Shown here: piece by piece, positions 25,728 through 39,810 of the stretch
Layout: each line of letters begins with the position of its first letter
Numbering within the stretch: the stretch's first letter is position 1
NCBI GenBank assembly: GCA_013265495.1
Contig: MU058213.1
Span: forward strand, 6,960,066 to 7,024,065
DNA length: 64,000 nucleotides
Reading direction: 5' to 3'
From: Vicugna vicugna
Lineage: Eukaryota
The notes under the pieces: generated by a model
Told to the model about the DNA's origin: nothing
The model's input: only the letters and a program-made list of their open reading frames with translations
The model's database searches: none
Made by a program: the position numbers and the translations under genes

Positions 25728-26460
25728 TTCATTTACTCATTCAACAAGTATTTGTTGAGCTCCTGTAAATGCCTGAGCACTGTGGTCACAAGGCATACAC
25801 GATTGTGAGCCAAAGAGTTCCCACCTTCATATCTAGGGGTGGGAGACCAACATAATGAAACAATTACACAAATGAATATAAATTTGCAAACTAAGGTTAG
25901 TGCTTGGAAGGAAAAGTATAAGCTCCTATAGGAAATTATAGAGGGGGGACCAGGCTTGGTCTGAACTTTTAAGCTGAATTACAAATAAAAGAAAGATGAA
26001 CAGAAAAAAGGGATGAAGGAGGGCTTCTCAGTGGCTCAGGTAATGGCAAGTGCAAAGGGCCTGAAGTAGGAAGACGTGTGAGGCTACACATCCACAGCAT
26101 CGAGGCGAGTCAAGGGGAGAGCGGGAGAAAGGAAGCCAAAAGGGCCCGACTGCCAAGGGCCTTGTAGGCTGTTGTAAAGATTCTGGTCTTTGTCTGAAGA
26201 GGAATTTGAAGCTACTGGAAGGCTGTGAATAGTGACATCCATGATCTAATTAAGTTTTCAGATCACTCTGTCATGTTGAAATGTATCAAAGGGGGTCAAA
26301 GAAGAGAAATAGGAAGACCAGCGACAACATGATTTGATGTGTAACTTTTAAGATCACTGACTACCAAGTGGAGAATGACTTGGAGGGTAGCCAGAGTACA
26401 CTTGGGAGATGAATTCACTGGCAGGTGCAGCCACCCAGGTGAGCGATGCTGATGATCTGG
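25728..26460 (-). mobile_element. L2 3' fragment
   Basis: ttcatttactcattcaacaagtatttgttgagc is the reverse-complement L2 terminus, followed by gcaagtgcaaagggcctgaagtaggaa and agatcactctg. Confidence 0.8.
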
Positions 26461-26557
26461 GCCAAGGGGGAGGCAGCATGCCCAGAGAACTGCCCTGGTG
26501 ACACACTAGTTGGCTCACTCCCACTCACCCCCTGTGTAGGCACTGTCTGGGTCCTGA

Positions 26558-27170
26558 TGTTACTAAGGCTGTTCCCTCAGAATCATACCCCTTTCCCTCC
26601 CTCAAACAGAAACCAATTACTCTTATCTAAGTCTCAGGAGAAAGCTGCAAAGAAAGAAAAACAAGAACTGGTTAGAATCAACTCGGCCCAAGATGGCAGA
26701 AGGTCTGACTTCCAGTAGACCTTGAGACTTGTATGCTCACTGTAACACATTAGCACGCTAAGTGACACACACACCAGTGCCATGACAGTTGACAGTGGCC
26801 ATGACAACAACCAGAAAAGCCCATACAAGGACTGAAAAGGAGTGCTGCATCAGTTCCGGGTCTGCACCACAGCCCTGTTCTTGGTAACCCATGAATATTC
26901 CTCCTACTCTATCCAATTCCCTCCCTTTTTTGTTGACCCTCCTATTTATTTTGTGTCTCTGTCTGAATTGGGTTGAGAAGTTGATTTGAACTAGGTTCTC
27001 ACTTCTCCGTTCTTTGGCCACTGAATGAGGCTTGTGCTGTTCCAGTCTCAGTATCGCTTTCATTACTGGCTACATGAATTCAATTGGAAAATGAACCTCC
27101 CTGGCCGAGACAAGGGGTCTCTCTCCAGGCTAGGACCCCAGCACGGGCCCAGTCGACTAATTCAGTAACA
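26558..27170 (+). mobile_element. MER41-like ERV1 solo LTR with a 4-bp TSD
   Basis: Terminal inverted repeat TGTTACT...AGTAACA. CTGA on both sides (26554-26557, 27171-27174). MER41-type core caccagtgccatgacagttgacagtggccatgacaac..cagttccggg..catgaatattcctcc. Confidence 0.88.
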
Positions 27171-27585
27171 CTGAGAGGTCTGTCCTCCAAAATGTCTACA
27201 TGAACAGAGAGAAGCTCCTCTTCAGGAAGATTCCCAAGAGACAGTAATCTTTGGTTGCCTCTCCCGAGCAACTGACTTACTTTAGCCTCAGGCACATGAC
27301 ACAATCACCAGTTATGGTGCCCTGTTGTACTGGTGGAGGAAAAATGCAACAAATTTGAAGCTCATGTTCACCAAGCATGCCACTCTTCCCTGCCCGCCCC
27401 TTTGTTGCTAACCTCGGTTCTTCTTTCACTCTACTTCTCCTATTCTTATTTTCTTAAAATTTTTTTTATCTAGTGGTTATATGTAATTTTTAATACATTG
27501 CTATTTACCATTTAGCAAGATTCTGTAGGAAATTATTTTTTAACTGGCTATTTATTATTTAACACTTATTTTGTTACCTAAAATA

Positions 27586-28497
27586 TATAAAAGGAAAAAC
27601 TGTTTCTCTACTCATAACACTTCCATCACCAAATGTGTAGGTTTTCTGCACCAAGCAATTCTCCAGTTCCCTGCAGACACGAGCTAGGTATTCTACAACT
27701 TAATTCAATGCTGACACTAACTACCCCGAGTTAGTGCAGACCCCACAGGTTAAGTGCTCAGTCCCACAAGACTGCCGTACTTCAGACTCCAGTCACAAGT
27801 ATTAGGTGCCCAGGCTATCCACATTTCTGTCTTACGTGGCTACAAACCAGAGGTTCCTGCAACCCCCCCAGTTCGATAATTTGCCTTAATATCTCACAGA
27901 ACTTGGTGAAACACTTTACTTACATTTACTGGTTTACTATAAAGGATATAAATGAATAGCCAAATAAAGAGGTCCAGAGGATGAGGTCCAGAAGGTCCCA
28001 AGCACAAGAGCTTCTGTCCCAGTGGACCTGGGTCAAACGACCCTTCCAGGACATGGATGTATTCACCAACCCAGAAGCTCTCTGAACTCTGCAGTTTAGG
28101 GATTTTCATGGTGGCATCATTATGTAGGCGTGATTATTAACACAATCTCCAGTCCCTCTCCCCTCCCCAGAGGATAGGGGATGAGTCTAGAGGATGGTGG
28201 AGGGGGTCTCAAAATTAGAAGCTTCCAGCCATGTTGGTCTCTCTGGTGATCAGTCTCCATCCTGAAGATATCCAGGACTCCCCAGGCCTCAGTCATCTCT
28301 CTAGCATACACACAAGACACTCTTGTCATTCCAGAGAGTCCAAGGGTCTTAGAAGCTTTTGTGTCAGGAGGCAGGGACTAAAACCAAAAATTATAACAAA
28401 AGATGGTCCTATCACCCCTACTGGGTTTTAGGAGCCTCAGTTCCAGGAACCAGGGATGAAGACCAAATATATATCCTTATCATATCATAGTATCACA
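27586..28497 (-). mobile_element. MER21-family LTR
   Basis: gagttagtgcagaccccacaggttaagtgctcagtcccacaagactgcc and the terminus accaaatatatat..tatcaca match MER21. Confidence 0.85.
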
Positions 28498-30389
28498 ATA
28501 TGATACATATTCATTGCAGGAATAATGTGAAATATAGAAAAGCTCAGAAAGATAATAAAAATAATCTATAATCTTGCCATGCAGAAATAATATTAGTTAA
28601 CATTTTGGGGGTATAGTCTTCCAATCTTATTTCAGTGCCTATCTGTATATACCTATCATCTTCTAATTTTTTTCCATGGAAAAGACTGTATGTGTGCATT
28701 TGTGCTTATATATATTTGTATAAATCTGTTAAGTCCATTTTGGAACAATGAGAGAAATGGATAAAAACATAAAGAGATGACAGATAGATAGATAGACAGA
28801 CTGATATAGAGAGAGAGAGACAGACATTTCCCCCTGAATTATGAGTACTAAATGATTTAACTTCTAGGCTGCTGCTTTGACAATGCCAGAATTGTTTCTT
28901 TTCAACTACTTCTATCAATAAATAATACTCCTTCTTGCTCAATCAGAAGCAATTGTTTGGCCAAGTGATAAATGATGACTTAGAGGTTATGTGGTTCCAG
29001 TCTCTTCATCTTGAGTCCTAGGAGTATTCATGTTGATGGAAGACTGACCACAGGTAACAAGTAAACACTCCCCATGGTCATGTCACATGCTATCAGACCA
29101 CACAGCACATTATCTTTTAAATTGTTTATACAGCAAAACTAGATTGCCAGTGTAAATGACAAATATCTTAGCTTTCTTGTTTCTGGCAGCAATCTGTGAA
29201 AAAACAAGAAGTTGCTCCCAACCTGTATCAAGACCTGTTTTGGTTTTTTTTTTAATTGCAAATCAACCTGAATTTAGTTCCCAGTGGAAGGCATAACCAA
29301 GAACTACAATCATCTGCGCTACCTGCCTTAAGCAGGCTGTGTTAGTAACAACAACTGGAACAGGTGTCACTCGGAACTCATACAGTAAAAGCCTATGACC
29401 AAATTGTTCTTCAGCAGATACTCAGCCTTGCCCAACTCCTCCTCTGATACCAGTTCAATCTGTTTTAAAAAACAAAGACAATAGCATATTTATTTAGTCC
29501 ATATGGTTGCAATCTGGCCACACCTATGTGGCCATTTTGTATTGAAACCCACAGAAATTAGTGGCCACTATGCCATTCCCCAACCCAAAACCAAAATACT
29601 GAAGAGTTTCCAACATGTCTTAACTATATTAACCAGAAGGACAAAGGGCTTACTTCCAGGGCTTTATCACCTGAATTCTTCCCCTTTCTCTTCCTCCCTT
29701 CTTCCTTCCTATATTTATTTACATAGGCTCAACACTTAGAAGGGTTACTGTTGTGATGGATAGTTTTTTAAATTAAATAATTCAGTAGAAAATTGGTAAT
29801 ATGGAGAAATTTTTACATTCTCGACTTACCATCAAACCAGCTTCCAATTCCCTATCCCTGATGACTCAGGATATGTTCAGGAAAGGTAACTTTACTGTGC
29901 TTTTACTTCAGCCAATTTGAACTTTCATTGAGCATCTAACTTATTCCAGTCATTATTCTAGGCACTGGAGACTCCAAAATAAGGAGATACAATCCATCCT
30001 CATGAATCTCCCAGTTTAGTGGATATCCCATAAACCCCAATTGAGTGGAATATCCTAATTTTTAAAAAAATATATTCTGATTATTAAAAAATTTGAATAT
30101 GTCCTTGAGGTTTAATACATAAATACATGGGTCTTTTTTCCAATTTTATGTTCTTTCTGATTAGCCTAAGATCTAACTTTTCTGACAACAAGTGACAAAA
30201 GTTGATTGTATTTACGTAATAGATACTTTAGGAGTGTTTGCCTAGCTCACTCTCTCCTGAGAGAGAAAAAGAGAGAGAGAAAATATAGCCCCAAAGTTAA
30301 AGCTTACTCTATGAAACCTGACCCTCCTGATCACAACTAAATGAACCAGGAGTAAACACTGGACTCAAGCTGGTTTGAATCAGATTTGG

Positions 30390-30777
30390 TTCTGACTATC
30401 TTTCTGTCTTACCCTCCCTTCCTGCTTCTCTCACTTGCTCTGAGTCTAGCCAGATACTAGGTTGTGAACTGACCTACAGAGGTCTATATGGCAAGGAACT
30501 AATACCTCCAGCAAATAGCCAGTGAAGACCAGAGGCCAGCCAACAGTCATGCGAGTTAGCTTAGAAGCAAGGTCCCCCTCCAGGGGAGACTTCAAGTGAA
30601 ACCACAGCCCCTGCTAATACCTGAATTTCAAATATGTGACAGACTTAGAGAGAGAGGAACCTGACTAAGCCACATCTGGACTCCTGATGCATAAAAACAC
30701 TGAGATAATAAATGGTTTTGTTTAAAGCCACTGGGTTCTGGGGTAATTTGTCACTTGGCAACAGACAATTAATATAG
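30390..30777 (+). mobile_element. MLT1 (MLT1E/F-like) MaLR LTR
   Basis: atggcaaggaact..gccaacagtcatgcgag..ctaagccaca..gagataataaatg..tttaaagccact..ggggtaatttgtcac. Confidence 0.85.
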
Positions 30778-30789
30778 CCTCTATCATAA

Positions 30790-31555
30790 CGCATTCCAGA
30801 GTGAGAATCCATCATCTCACAAGGACTATAAAATTATCCACCATTTCAAATTAGCTCTATAATTTTTATATGCATTGTCTGACATTTAATAAAAACATAA
30901 CCAAACATGCATAAAGATAAAAATAACCTCACAATTAAGAGGAAAAAAAATTAGTTTCAGACCCACATTCAGATATTGGTGTTATCACAGAAGGACTCAA
31001 AAAGGACTGATTCACATGTCTAAGAAAGTAGATGGTATGACAGGGAATTTCAGCAAAGAACTGGAAAGCATCATTTAAAAGAGTCAAATTGAAATTACAA
31101 AACTGAAAATACAGTAACTGAATTTAAAAATACAATGAATTGATTTAGCAGATTAGACACAGCTAAAGGGGAGAATTGGGAATTGGAAAATTGTTCACAA
31201 AAAAAGAGAGAGACAAAGAAACAAGTCAGACTAAAGTACACATTAAAGATAGAAAATACAGAAAAATACTATGTGCAAGAATTTTATAGAATTTAATTAT
31301 AAAACTATTAAAAGACAAAAATGAAGAAATATAAAAAAGCAGACTTAGTGGTAAAAAACTGGAAACAACCTAAACGTCATCAAGAGGAAAACAAAAATAA
31401 AATGTGGTATCTTCCTTAAATGGAATATTGCATAGAAGTTAAAATGAATAAACTAGACAAATGTATAAATAAGAATAAATCTGAAAACTTTAATGTTGAG
31501 TGATGAAAAAAGTTACCAAAAGCTAACTACGTACAGCATTATAACATTGATCTAG
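30790..31555 (+). mobile_element. Very old L1/HAL1-like fragments
   Basis: ORF1-like traces (aatttcagcaaagaactggaa, gcagattagacacagctaaag) and 3' traces (ctggaaacaacctaaacgtc). Confidence 0.6.
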
Positions 31556-31583
31556 AATTTGTCCTTACATTTAACTATCCTAT

Positions 31584-32780
31584 CAGAAGCAGAATTATTC
31601 CAATTCTAATCAAACTTAAGCTTCAATGCCCTTATTTATCTGGTCCCCTTTGAAGCCCTGAGAGGAGCTCTGGCAATGTGGTCACATGGTCATATGTTTT
31701 GTAAAATTGTATAAGGAAAATATTTTAACCCTGCATGGCTAAGACAGTTGTCTCTTCTCACACCAACTTCACTGAATCTGTCTCCATTCCCTTCCCTTCC
31801 TGTCAGGTAACAATGGAGTGACCATGTGCATTTGGGCATCTGACTTAAGAGAAGTTAAGTTGGGGACACATTTAGGTCAGTTTTGTGAGATGTGTTCACA
31901 GGCTGCACTACACCCACTGCAGGAGTTGCTCCCAGAGATACTGCTGTTGCTCACTACGTGGCCCCTCAGGTATGACATCATGACTCAAAGGCACACTGCC
32001 CATCGTCAGACCAACACATAAACGTGCCTTATAGCGCCAGGCCCTGGAAGTATGGTACAGTCAAAAACAAAAACAAAAAACCCTCAAAATCCTAAGTTTA
32101 GAATGTATAGAAGCAGAAGCTGGTCTGTGGAAAATTCTTCCAGTCAGATACGCAAAATTGTAAAGGGACATTTGGTTTTCACTGACATCTAATCAAATCA
32201 AAGTCCTCTTTCATCAGGAATAAACTCACAATGCAGCATATACAACTGTAAACACACTCTTGTTTTCTCTAGGGGAAAAATCTCACAAAAGAGAATTTAT
32301 TTTGATTCTAGTATTTCTAAGGCAAAAACATACACCAGTAGTACCGAAAGTATTTTGGTCTGCAAAGTTTCATGCTTTATGTTTTAACTATCAAGAATTT
32401 TTAAAAAATTAGATCAACCATGCTAAAGGAAAAAACTGTCTTTGTATTCAGATTATAATAGTACTCCTATTATAGTAGTATTTCTCTAAGAATTCAGGAA
32501 AAATATTATTTTAAAAAATCTAATTCAGAAAATTAGATACACAATATTATTAAATCATTTCATATGAAATAAAGTATGCAGACAAAAAAATTAGAGAAAA
32601 AGTATCACAGAGGTATGTCAAATAGTTAATTAACAAAAATATTAGTTTTCTTGATTTTGTGATATTCATGAGGCTTTTCATTTATAATTTATTTCTTTTC
32701 TCATTATAAACAAATCCTCATTTTTAAAAGCTAGTAAAATTTTGTAAGTTTCTGGTATGGAAAATTGGGATCCGCCCCTG
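31584..32780 (+). mobile_element. hAT-Tip100 DNA transposon fossil, Zaphod/MER115-like, internally deleted
   Basis: The 5' end has aacttaagcttca..gcaatgtggtcacatggtcatatgttttgtaaaatt. The 3' TIR ATCCGCCCCTG ends at 32780 and pairs with a decayed CAGAAGCAGAA at 31584. Confidence 0.7.
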
Positions 32781-33285
32781 ACCACTGTACAATATTTATG
32801 ATTTATATACTGTAAAAGCTGAAAACATGTGTCAGAAGAGTATGAAGCAACTTTGGGATCTTGTTTACCATAGAGGGGTCTGAGTGACGGGCGTGGGGTC
32901 CTCTGTGTTCATAGCATTTTGCATACTTGGTACCTGGAGTCGCTGAATTCTGGTGTGAGTACACATCAAGCTAAATCTGAGAAATGGCTTTATTAACAGA
33001 AATATCTTTTAAGAAATCAGGTAGGACTTGACTCATTCTGTAAAATGGTATACTTCCTCTCCATTTTTATTACATAGATGCAGTTAAATTAAGTGAGATC
33101 ATAGGTAAGAGGGCTTTGCATATTATAAAACACTGCCAAATGTTATGTAGTTTGCAAAATGACAATCTATTTTGCAATTATATTAATGCAAATATTAATA
33201 ATAAGAATGTCAATAATATTATCCAACATTTATTGAGGGCTGCCATCATGTCAGGTACTCTTCAATGTGTCTCATATACATTTAT

Positions 33286-33430
33286 ATTTTTTTGAATTTT
33301 TTATTAATCTTTTTTTGCAGGGGGAAATAATTAGATTTATTCATCTATTTATTTAATGGAGGTACTGAGGCATGAACCCAGGACCTCCTGCATGCTAGGC
33401 ATGCACTCTACCACTAAGCTATACCCTCCC
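33286..33430 (-). mobile_element. Camelid tRNA-derived SINE (Vic-1 type) inserted in a MIR
   Basis: Minus strand GGGAGGGTATAGCTTAGTGGTAGAGTGCATGCCTAGCATGCAGGAGGTCCTGGGTTCA with A and B boxes. TSD gtctcatatacattta / atctcatgtgcattta. Confidence 0.9.
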
Positions 33431-36400
33431 ATCTCATGTGCATTTATCTTATTTAATGCTCCCAATATGTCTATGGTGGAAGTACTATTATCAGTCTCAT
33501 TTTACTCCTCAGATCAAATATGTAACCTTTTGAAGGAATGATGAAACATTAACTATACTGATTTAATACCTATAAAATATTTAAACGAGTGAATCAGTTG
33601 TCTCACTCATTTCCCTCAAAAACCATCAGTCCAGGTGTATGATATTATATTAAGGGTGGTAGGGTGGTGGACAGGAATGCTAAAAACAATTATTGAATGA
33701 ATTTTCATTTTCTCAGGAGTCATTGTATTGTATATACTCAATACAGGTCATGATACACCTCAGGTTAAATTTTAGGTAATAACATGAAGTAATATATACA
33801 GGCTTTGGGTTTCTCACTGAAATTTTTAATCCAGATTCGACACTATTTCTTCTAAAATCAAAACGTAGCAACTTCAGAATGTTCCATAAAATTCATTTTG
33901 CTCCATTTTGGTGTTTATCTGTGGATTCTCAGATTTGCCGGAAGCATTATGAAATGCCACAACTTGTATCAGAATATTGCATTATGGACCCGATGGTTCC
34001 ATTAAGTTCACGCATCCAATGACTACATTTGTATGAAGTAGGAATTATGTGTCACAAACCAGGTTTTGAAAGAGAAAAAAGTACCCTGCCCTCGTAGAGC
34101 TCACACATCTAATCAGAACCAGCCAGTAAAATAAGAAGTAATAAAGGGAAACTCAGAGAACTCCGAAATAAAATCAGGGAAAGGGGGGCAGATATTTAGG
34201 TGGAGACCTGAAGAGACAAAAACTGGAAGGAAAAAAAAAATCACCAGACCAGACTCTTTGCAGATCTCTCCATGCCTCACTCCTAAACTGATCCACAATC
34301 TCATAGCTGCATTACCAATGGCTTGAGTCAGGAGCAGGAGCTGTGAAACATCACATGATGGTCACCAATGGAGGGGGGAAAGGGATCTCTGGCAAAGCAA
34401 CAGCGGAGAAAAAGTTGGACGGAAAATTTCCTGCTGGAACGTGCTGGGAGTGTGTGGTGTTTCAGCCACGGGCTCCTGATGATGGAACTTGAGTTGCTGA
34501 ACATGAAGATAATTTCAGCACCCTACAATTATGTGCCTAATTAAAATTAAGAAATTAGAACACAGTTAAAAGGAATAATATTTTGCTCACAGCTAATTTC
34601 ATTAAAGTATTAATGAACAGGACTCTTTTTATGGCCAGAGGGCAACCACTTTCTACAGAGTACTTCCATGCTAGCTAATTTATTCATGCATGAAAAACAA
34701 TCCAATGAGAAATGAGGGAGCTGAGAACTGCTGGTCCTAATTAAAATATTTAAAACACCATGTCTATTTCCTTCCATCGAGCCAAATACCTAAGCTTGAG
34801 CCAGCATGGTGCCAATTAACATGGAAAAAGCAAACACAAACACCCATGGTTTCTGATTAAAGTGCACATTATTGTACCATGCAATATATTGTTCAGCACA
34901 TATATGTAAATGTTTAATTAACCCATGTCTAAATCTCAGCAACATTCAAAAATCGATACTTTAATCCCTAAACAAGTGGCAATCTGTGCAGGGGAGACAC
35001 TTACTTATTTATCACAGTGTTTTATTCAAACCTAATTTGAAGCAGTCCTGTGCTAGACAGGCTAAAGTGTTTCTTAAGGGAAAGAGCACGGAGGAGATTC
35101 TTTGCTGGGCAGACTTCTCCTCAGATGGCAGCGAGACTGTTAGTTGCCAAAGACTTGTGAAAGGAACTAGGTAAGCCTCAGGTGATACGAAATTTTTCAT
35201 TAATAATGTAGGGGGAAGTCTGCACCTAAACCCATTTGTCAGCCTGGATAGCAATGACAATAACCACACACACACACTCACCCCCTCTTCTCTTTGTTAA
35301 ATAAAGACCTGTCTGTCAAAACAAACTCCAGAGACATTCCTGCCATGGGAGCCTGTGGGAGAGAAGTGTCTGGAACTCAGAAAAGTTCAAGATTTGAAAA
35401 TCTTATCAATATTAACTGGAACTTTATCAATATGCTAAATTCAATTTTAAAGGGAAAACATTTTCACAGCAGCAATGGTCTGCAAGCACTTGCACCCGGC
35501 TTATCTCTATTGTAACAGTCCCAAGAGGCAGGCTGAGCAATGGAAACTAAAGCTGAGAGCAGTCAAGTAAGGTGGGAAGGCCACACCCAGCACATGCTGG
35601 AATGAGAACTTGAACCCTGCCCTCCAACTGCAAAATCACTCTACTACATACCACACTGATTTTAAACAGCTATTAATTTTCTGTTTGCACAAGAGATATA
35701 ATCTTAAGAAACCTAATTACAACCCATTTAGCTATTAAAAATCATTTGTAGTTTGCTTTTGAGCATTTCATGGACTGGAGTTGTAGGGTGAGGATCTATT
35801 AAACAATTTTTCTTCCTTCTAGGGTTTCTCATTGTTTTCAACAAGTAAAATCACAGAATTTTAGACTAAGATCTGAGATGTCATTTTGTCCAAAGGGTTT
35901 CAAACTGTTTGTAGCAGCAGAATCCTTTTTGCAAACACAGCCTTTCACAAAACACCAGTATACCGACACAGGTAAAAGCAGAGCCCTCCGATGCCCAAGA
36001 TGGCGGCTGAGGCACCACCCTAGAACCCACCTCCTGAAAACCACCATGCTCCTCAAAATTCTCATCAAACAGCTGGAGAAACTGGGGGCCAGAGGTGAGG
36101 ACATAAGGTAAGTATACACACAACAGAACAGACCTGGAACATGCCTATAACCTTGACCCCTTGCCCAGTGCACTTTCCACAGCACCATGGTCCCTAATGG
36201 AATCAACTGAGACTACAGGAGGTGGAAAGTTTCAGAGCCAAAAAGAGGTGGGAGTACTCCTGCAGAAGTACCAACAACAATACAGGAATATACGGCCATG
36301 AGGCAGGCTGGTCTGATACACAAAGCAAGAGGTGAGATCGGAGGCAAGAGGCTTTAAAGAGAAACGTGTCTCTAACTCATGACAGCAGGCTCTTCAGTTC

Positions 36401-36659
36401 AGTCCCTGGCCCCAGCCTCCTTACCTGAAAATGCGGTTAAAATCTCACAGAATGTTTTAAGAATCAAATAAGAATTAATGAACAGGCCATTACAAAAGTA
36501 CGTTATCACATTGCATTGCAGTGGCTTTCCTGTCTATTTCTGCCACGAGACTGCGTTTACTCTGAGATAATGTCTGTGCTTTACTATCGCTTCATCCTCG
36601 GTGCCTAGCCAGAAAAGGTGTTCAATTAGCGTTGGGATGATGCCATTGAATCCTTAATG

Positions 36660-36900
36660 ATAGTAATAATGGCTCACATATATTACGCTTTTACTGTGTG
36701 TTAAGCATTGACATGAAATACCTGATGTTATCTATTTGTTCAGTCCTAACGATCCCATAGACTGATAGTATTACTGTCCTCATAGCATAACTGAAATTGT
36801 GAGACACAGAAAAGCGACTTGCTTGCCCAGGGTTCCAGAACCAAAAGGTTATGGACAAAAGACGCACGTTGTGAGAGTCAAATATCAGAGTCGGAACCCT
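36660..36900 (-). mobile_element. MIR SINE
   Basis: ttactgtgtgttaagcattg..aaattgtgagacacagaaaagcgacttgcttgcccagg. Confidence 0.65.
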
Positions 36901-39615
36901 AACGATATTCTTCAAGAGCAGCCAAGATGGGGTAACAAATTGAGACTTAACATCTGTTAGGGAATCAGGCAAATGTTAGAGATAGCAAAGCATGTGAAAC
37001 ACACCACACACCCACTGAGAAACATAAGATGCAAATTCAAGAGAGCTTTGTTTTCAATGACTATTCTAACGAGCACAGGTTAGGGATGTTTAGAGAGCAA
37101 CTCTAGTATCTCAGGATGACGCTGTGGAAGCCAAGTTTCCACTACGCAGCTCTCAGAAGGACCACTGATCCGACCAATTCAACAGGTCAAATGGAGGAAG
37201 GCTCAAATATGCAACAGCCAAAGAAAGATAGGAATCCGAAGGAGTGGACAGGAAGCAGGGGACACAAGAGCAAGGTTCGTGATGCACCAGGAATTATTCC
37301 TGTGATTATCAGCCTCACCATTCTCATACCTACATCCCCCAACGCCCGTACTAGACGGTGAAGTAGATGTGTCTGGTCACGATGCAGAATGATAAGAGTC
37401 AGCAGAAACACGACACTGGTCCTCTCTCATACTGAATCACTCTTTTAAAATATAAGCAGAGTCAGCAAGGGTTTACAGAAACTGACTAGTGATGTAGCCA
37501 AACCTGACCATGAAGGAAAGGTGTGTGCACCTGGGTTACATCCCAGACATTTTCAGGCACTTCTTACTGGGCAATCATGATTCGTATTATGGTCAGAAAC
37601 TGAATAAGGGTCTGGATGGACCCCTGATCTAACCCTGTGTAATACTCTTCATTAGATTTGGTATTTAATTGGCAATTAGCAACCATATTCATGTATACCA
37701 AGTGTATCTTGAAGGTAGGATGGGTTACATGTTCCTGGGTTCCTAATTGGCACCTGGCGTTGACTAAGCCCTTGGTGATTATAGCTTCCTAATTACTGAG
37801 ATAACTTAAAGGAAAGAGCTAATAATATCTCATCACTTTACCCTCTACAACTTACCTACACCCTACTAAATTTTTCAGTTGCTTAGAATCTGAAGTAATT
37901 TAATTAAATGCATTATCTTAGAGTATTCCAACATGTAAGTATTTCAAACATTTGACATGTCCTCCAAAACAGCCAGTCCAGGATAACTGGACTTTTCAAA
38001 AGGTTTATTTGTTTTTAATTCTCTCTTCATAAGCAAGTTTGGTTTTTCAAATTTTCACTTTCAAGGGGAAAAAAAAATAATAAAAGCAACAAAGCAGACC
38101 TCCAAGACAGACCTTGCATTTTTATGCATCTTTAGCCAGACAAACATTAGTCCTCCCCAGCACTGGAACGGCGATTCGGAAGAACGTGAAACTTGCTGTT
38201 TTCTCAATATGCAAATAGGCTGTTGTCACAGATCCCCATGGTAATGAACAACTTCTCAATATTTAATAAGCCTGGCATTTCTGTCCCCAGGCAGAGCGCA
38301 CAGACAGTTGGTAGCCAGCTACTAACTGACCATTAAAATACAGCACCTCTCTTTAAAATGTGTTTCCCAAATAGGTGACATCACCTGCAGTGGGCAGCGA
38401 GCGCCGTCCCCTGTCAGGAGGTGGCCTGTTCTCCCGCCTGAAGAGGTCTGGCAAGGAGCACACAAAGTTAGCTTGCTCAATATTCAAACCGGGGCTACAG
38501 CACAATTCCGTTTTGCAACAGAGTTTTAAAAAGGAAGGGGAAAGCCCATCAACAGCCCTTCCTTTTGCAGCACTGTTAGCACCGAGAACCACCAAGCAAG
38601 TGGGAGGCAGGAAATCAGCCACGAGATTTTTTTATTATAAAAAAAAAAACTATTCTGGAACTCTGTTTTTTTTCTTTTTTCTTTTTTTTTTTTTTCCTGC
38701 TTGCTTGTACAGGGGAGTGTTCTGTGCTGTCCCTGGTGTGCTGTGTGAGTATAAATATATTGCAACAATAACACTCACTAATTGGAAGAAGTCGTCAATT
38801 CAGAACGGTAGAATTTGAGTATTTTAGTAGTGGCTTTCTTCCCCTTTACTCCAAGGAGTGAAAATTAATGCTAATGTGATTATACAGAAATTCACAAAAT
38901 CATTAATACAATTGGATCGTTTTCTGAATAACGGCAAAGCTACCATAATGAGTTCTCCTTGCTCTGATTGACCATTAAGTTGTTTGGCTGTAACTGTAAT
39001 TCCAGGTTAACACAAACATTCCCACAATCACATCAAACACACAGAGTTTGAAAATTCTTGAGCAGGCCTACCACAACTCTTGTTACCATTACTTGATAAG
39101 ACACGCCTATCTTTTCTTCTCTTTCATCAACAGCAATAGGAATTACTGTGTTTTTCAGGAACACTTTTTTTTTTATCAGGAAACAAGATAACTTCTTAAT
39201 CATTTCAGGAGAACTGCTGCGTGTATGACGATGAGGGAAATGCAGAGATGTGGATGACAGGTGGTTGGCTTCCTAGCAGATGACTGGCTCTCATCACCAA
39301 CCTCCAGCAGTTTGAGATCCCCCAACCCATGCCCCTAAAATGACAATGTCATGGCCCTGGGGGCCACATTCCAGGAGCATTAATTCTAGAAGTATTTACA
39401 GCCGTGTTCTGCCAAGAATTACAAGAAACAAGCCCACCTGGCATTGTGTCAGGAGACAAAACCAGGACCAGGAGGTAAAAACACAACAAAGCAGGTTCAG
39501 GGCCCTCATGGGAACTTCCCAGCACAACTGCATAATCATGGAACAAACAGCGTAACATACAAAGTAGGGGCCCTCAAGTAAAGGCTGGAAGATGGTCTGT
39601 CTTAAATGCTAGTAA

Positions 39616-39807
39616 CAGTGTTTTCAGAAAAACGTTAGAGTATTTTTTTTCAAAAGCTCATGTGAAATCCCAAAATAGAACACAAGTGAAACAGCACTGC
39701 TCTGGTTAAAGAACATGGAAAATGTAGAACTCCACTCAGTTTTAACCCCCCACCAATGCTCCTCAGGCAACCCCACAGGGCTCCAAGGAACAGTTTAAAA
39801 ACCACTG
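39616..39807. mobile_element. Short hAT-Charlie-type MER
   Basis: TIR-like ends CAGTGTTTT...AAAAACCACTG and subterminal gggctccaaggaacagttt. Confidence 0.55.
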
Positions 39808-39810
39808 CTG

